Shown in pieces: positions 61,479-64,000 of a stretch of DNA of 64,000 nt. The position numbers and the translations under genes were made by a program. This stretch comes from Tubiluchus corallicola. Its lineage: Eukaryota; Animalia; Priapulida. The first letter of the stretch is position 1. Every line of letters begins with the position of its first letter. The stretch covers positions 11,059-75,058 of the forward strand of contig JAQGDQ010002407.1 in assembly GCA_030141605.1 (NCBI GenBank). Direction: 5' to 3'. Under the pieces are notes generated by a model, which ran no database searches, was not told where the DNA came from, and worked only from the letters and a program-made list of their open reading frames with translations.

Positions 61479-61956
61479 CTTTGTTGTATATGGTGTTGGC
61501 TAAAAATAGTTTTTTTTGAGGTATTACAGGTAAAGTATTTCTACACTTTGCTACGCAGGCCCTTATGTTGAAGTTTTCGTTGACTGGAAATTTGGTGACA
61601 ATGATGATAACCCCTGGGAGTGGCAGGGTGATGGACAGTGGCCTACTCTCCACTGGCAGAACAATAACTAAAAACAGGATTAAAAAGGGGCAAGATTGGA
61701 TGGAAACCTATTAATAATGATCAGAATACGCCATAATGTAATTACACTATGACACAAATAGGCCACTCATTTTGCATGCTCTTTTTTTATAGTACACCAT
61801 TTAAGCCGGCAAGGGAGAGGCTTCTAATTTCCGACAATATTTGACTGTTTCACAGTTAAATGCCAGAACAAGCCAGCTTTCCAAACCCCACTGGATTTTG
61901 GTGCGGTGGTTAACATAATTTAACAGACAAAACAACAATAAGTGCAGAATATTTAC

Positions 61957-61964
61957 TACCTTTG
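61957..61964 (+). promoter_or_regulatory. Bacteroidota -7 promoter element upstream of the terminal lipoprotein gene
   Basis: TACCTTTG. Confidence 0.45.
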
Positions 61965-62034
61965 TGTGTGTTTAATTCCCTATTTAATGTCGGGATTTAA
62001 TTGTAAGTCTTCAGCTTAATTCGGACAAATTGGT

Positions 62035-62067
62035 TTAAAAATTAAAAATTAAAAATTAAAAGTAAAA
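62035..62067 (+). repeat. Heptamer tandem repeat (TTAAAAA)n
   Basis: ttaaaaattaaaaattaaaaattaaaagtaaaa. Confidence 0.7.
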
Positions 62068-62223
62068 TGTTTGCAAAAATATTTTGCTTATCATAAATTT
62101 GTTCTGATAGGATTTGAGTTAAGTGTTCATTTATTATTGTTTTAAAGGCATACACGATTATTGAAATTCATTAATATTTAACCTCTTATGGAAGGGGTTA
62201 TTATGAGAACGAAAAGGACTATT

Positions 62224-64000
62224 ATGAGAAATTCGGTGATTTCATTTTTGTTGCTTACATCTTTTTTATTTGTAGTAACATGCAAAAAACAGGAAGTAGG
62301 ACTTCTCTCTGATAAAAAAGAGATTCTTGAGTTTGAAGTAGAGGGTAGCATTGATAAAGCGGAGATTGATAATGAGAATCACACTGTACTTGTTGCTTTA
62401 CCTCAATATGGGACTGACATAACCTACATAGCTCCTGATAAGATTGTTGTTTCCGATAAGGCTAGAGTAACACCTGAGAGCGATGTTAAGAAGGAGAAGG
62501 ATTTTACCGACCCTGTAGAGTATATTGTAGAGGCAGAGGATGGGAGCACTCAGCCCTATATTGTAACTATAGATTTAATACCCAGCGATGCGAAAGTCAT
62601 CACCAGCTTTACATTTAGAGCTGATGATAATAAAAGTCTGGCAGAAGATATAGCTGTGGATGAGATAATTGAGTCATCCGGGGTTATGAAAATCATAGTG
62701 CCATATCTGGCAGATAGGGAGCATCTGGCACCTTTTATCAGATATCAGGGTGCCTCTATATCTCCCGGTAAAAAAGAGGCGCAGGACTTCACCGAAGATG
62801 TATCATATATTGTAACTGCAATTGATGGTAGCACAAAAGAGTATACTGCTGTTGTTGAGGTTGATTCTGAGGATAGTAAAGGGATTGTCAGCTTTATCTT
62901 TGAGGCGGCAAATAACTCTATATTGGAAGGTAAGGATGTAAAAGTGGACATAGATGGTACAATAATATCAGCCACTGTATCTTACAAGGCTATTGGCGAG
63001 CTTACCCCCACTATTTCCTACACAGGAGTAGGTATTGATCCTGTCAGTGGTGCCCCGCAGGACTTTTCCAGTAATGTACACTACATAGTAACGGCTGAAA
63101 ATGAAACTACACATAAGTACACTGTTGTACTCGAAGTGGATAAAGTTACAGATGCAAGGATCAAGGAGTTTAAGCTTGGTGGAGTTGTGGAAGAAGATGA
63201 GCTGGTGATTGATCATGTTAACGGCACAATTACAGGTACTGCTTTATCTGGAGCAGATTTAAACATAATAGTTCCGGATATTAAGATATCTGACGGAGCG
63301 AGTATTTTTCCTTCTGTGGGTGATGCGCAAAACTTTACACGTCCTGTCGAATACGTAGTAGCAGCTCAGGATGGGAAAACTCAGCAGGAGTATTGGGTGG
63401 CAATTGCTTCAAGCACAAGTAAAGATATAATAGAGTTCAACTTTCTTGCTGCGAACAATCCGTTTTCGGATCCGGATGTAGTGGAAGGTGATATAGATCA
63501 GGAAGAGGGAACGATAACCCTTACAGTGCCCTATGGCACAGACTTGACAGGTCTTATTCCTGATATTAAGTATATTGGGAAAAGTATAGCCCCGGACCCG
63601 GTTAATCAGAATAACTTTACGAGACCTGTAGAGTATACAGTAACAGCGTATGATGGTAGTGTGAAGAAGTATACTGTAACGGTTAATAATGAAGCAGCGA
63701 GTAGTGCAAACGAAATAATCAGATTTGGGTTTGATGCAATAAAAAATGGTTCTTTAATTGAAGATGTATACGCCGACGATGTAACAGGCCCTGATATTGT
63801 ATTAACACTCCTTTTTGGAGTAACTAGGGACGGTTTAATAGCCAGTTTTGAGGTATCTGATGGAGCTACAGTAACGGTAGATGAGGAGATCCAAGATAGT
63901 GGAGAGACACCCCAAGATTTTACGACTCCCGTCACATATACAGTAACAGCAGCAGACGGCACCGCTCGGGATTACACAGTTAATTTAGAAGCAACATTCT
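62224..64000 (+). CDS. Surface lipoprotein with at least 6 tandem ~90-100 aa Ig-like (DUF5018-like) repeats; runs off window end
   Basis: Not in the ORF track because it has no stop in the window. My translation: MRNSVISFLLLTSFLFVVTCKKQE... with repeated (D/N)F(T/S)xxVxYxVxAxDG motifs near 62500, 62785, 63061, 63331, 63613 and 63915. In-frame alternative ATGs at 62188 and 62203. Confidence 0.8.
   Translation, partial: MRNSVISFLLLTSFLFVVTCKKQEVGLLSDKKEILEFEVEGSIDKAEIDNENHTVLVALPQYGTDITYIAPDKIVVSDKARVTPESDVKKEKDFTDPVEYIVEAEDGSTQPYIVTIDLIPSDAKVITSFTFRADDNKSLAEDIAVDEIIESSGVMKIIVPYLADREHLAPFIRYQGASISPGKKEAQDFTEDVSYIVTAIDGSTKEYTAVVEVDSEDSKGIVSFIFEAANNSILEGKDVKVDIDGTIISATVSYKAIGELTPTISYTGVGIDPVSGAPQDFSSNVHYIVTAENETTHKYTVVLEVDKVTDARIKEFKLGGVVEEDELVIDHVNGTITGTALSGADLNIIVPDIKISDGASIFPSVGDAQNFTRPVEYVVAAQDGKTQQEYWVAIASSTSKDIIEFNFLAANNPFSDPDVVEGDIDQEEGTITLTVPYGTDLTGLIPDIKYIGKSIAPDPVNQNNFTRPVEYTVTAYDGSVKKYTVTVNNEAASSANEIIRFGFDAIKNGSLIEDVYADDVTGPDIVLTLLFGVTRDGLIASFEVSDGATVTVDEEIQDSGETPQDFTTPVTYTVTAADGTARDYTVNLEATF

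Noticed and set aside
1-64000. rRNA, tRNA, transposase or prophage genes
   Set aside because: None recognised on either strand.

Overview
Chromosomal DNA from an AT-rich Bacteroidota organism (Bacteroidales/Marinilabiliales-like gene set, TAnnTTTG -7 promoter motifs). The dominant structure is a giant inverted duplication: 1..29378 is the reverse complement of 31309..60710, around a unique 1,930-bp spacer. About 18 genes therefore occur twice in mirror order: GmrSD-like nuclease, DEAD-box helicase, LysM protein, DHOD-like/nfnB/nfnA, DUF5606-like, TauE, rocD, YgiQ radical SAM, sensor kinase, OmpA-LysM protein, ferritin, icd, DAHP synthase-chorismate mutase, tyrA, transglutaminase-like protein, LPP20-like lipoprotein and part of a GLUG-repeat lipoprotein. 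The only arm difference I could see is one 24-bp in-frame repeat unit in the LysM gene. The fold-back junction truncates two genes, as expected of a template-switch event, which could be an amplification/assembly artefact or a real inversion-duplication. Independently, most intergenic regions carry a degenerate ~115-140 bp element with GAGACCTTTGCA-like terminal inverted repeats (about 12 loci per arm), co-oriented with the downstream gene. There is also a candidate structured small RNA after rocD and a repeat-rich lipoprotein running off the right end. No rRNA, tRNA, CRISPR array, transposase or integrase was seen.
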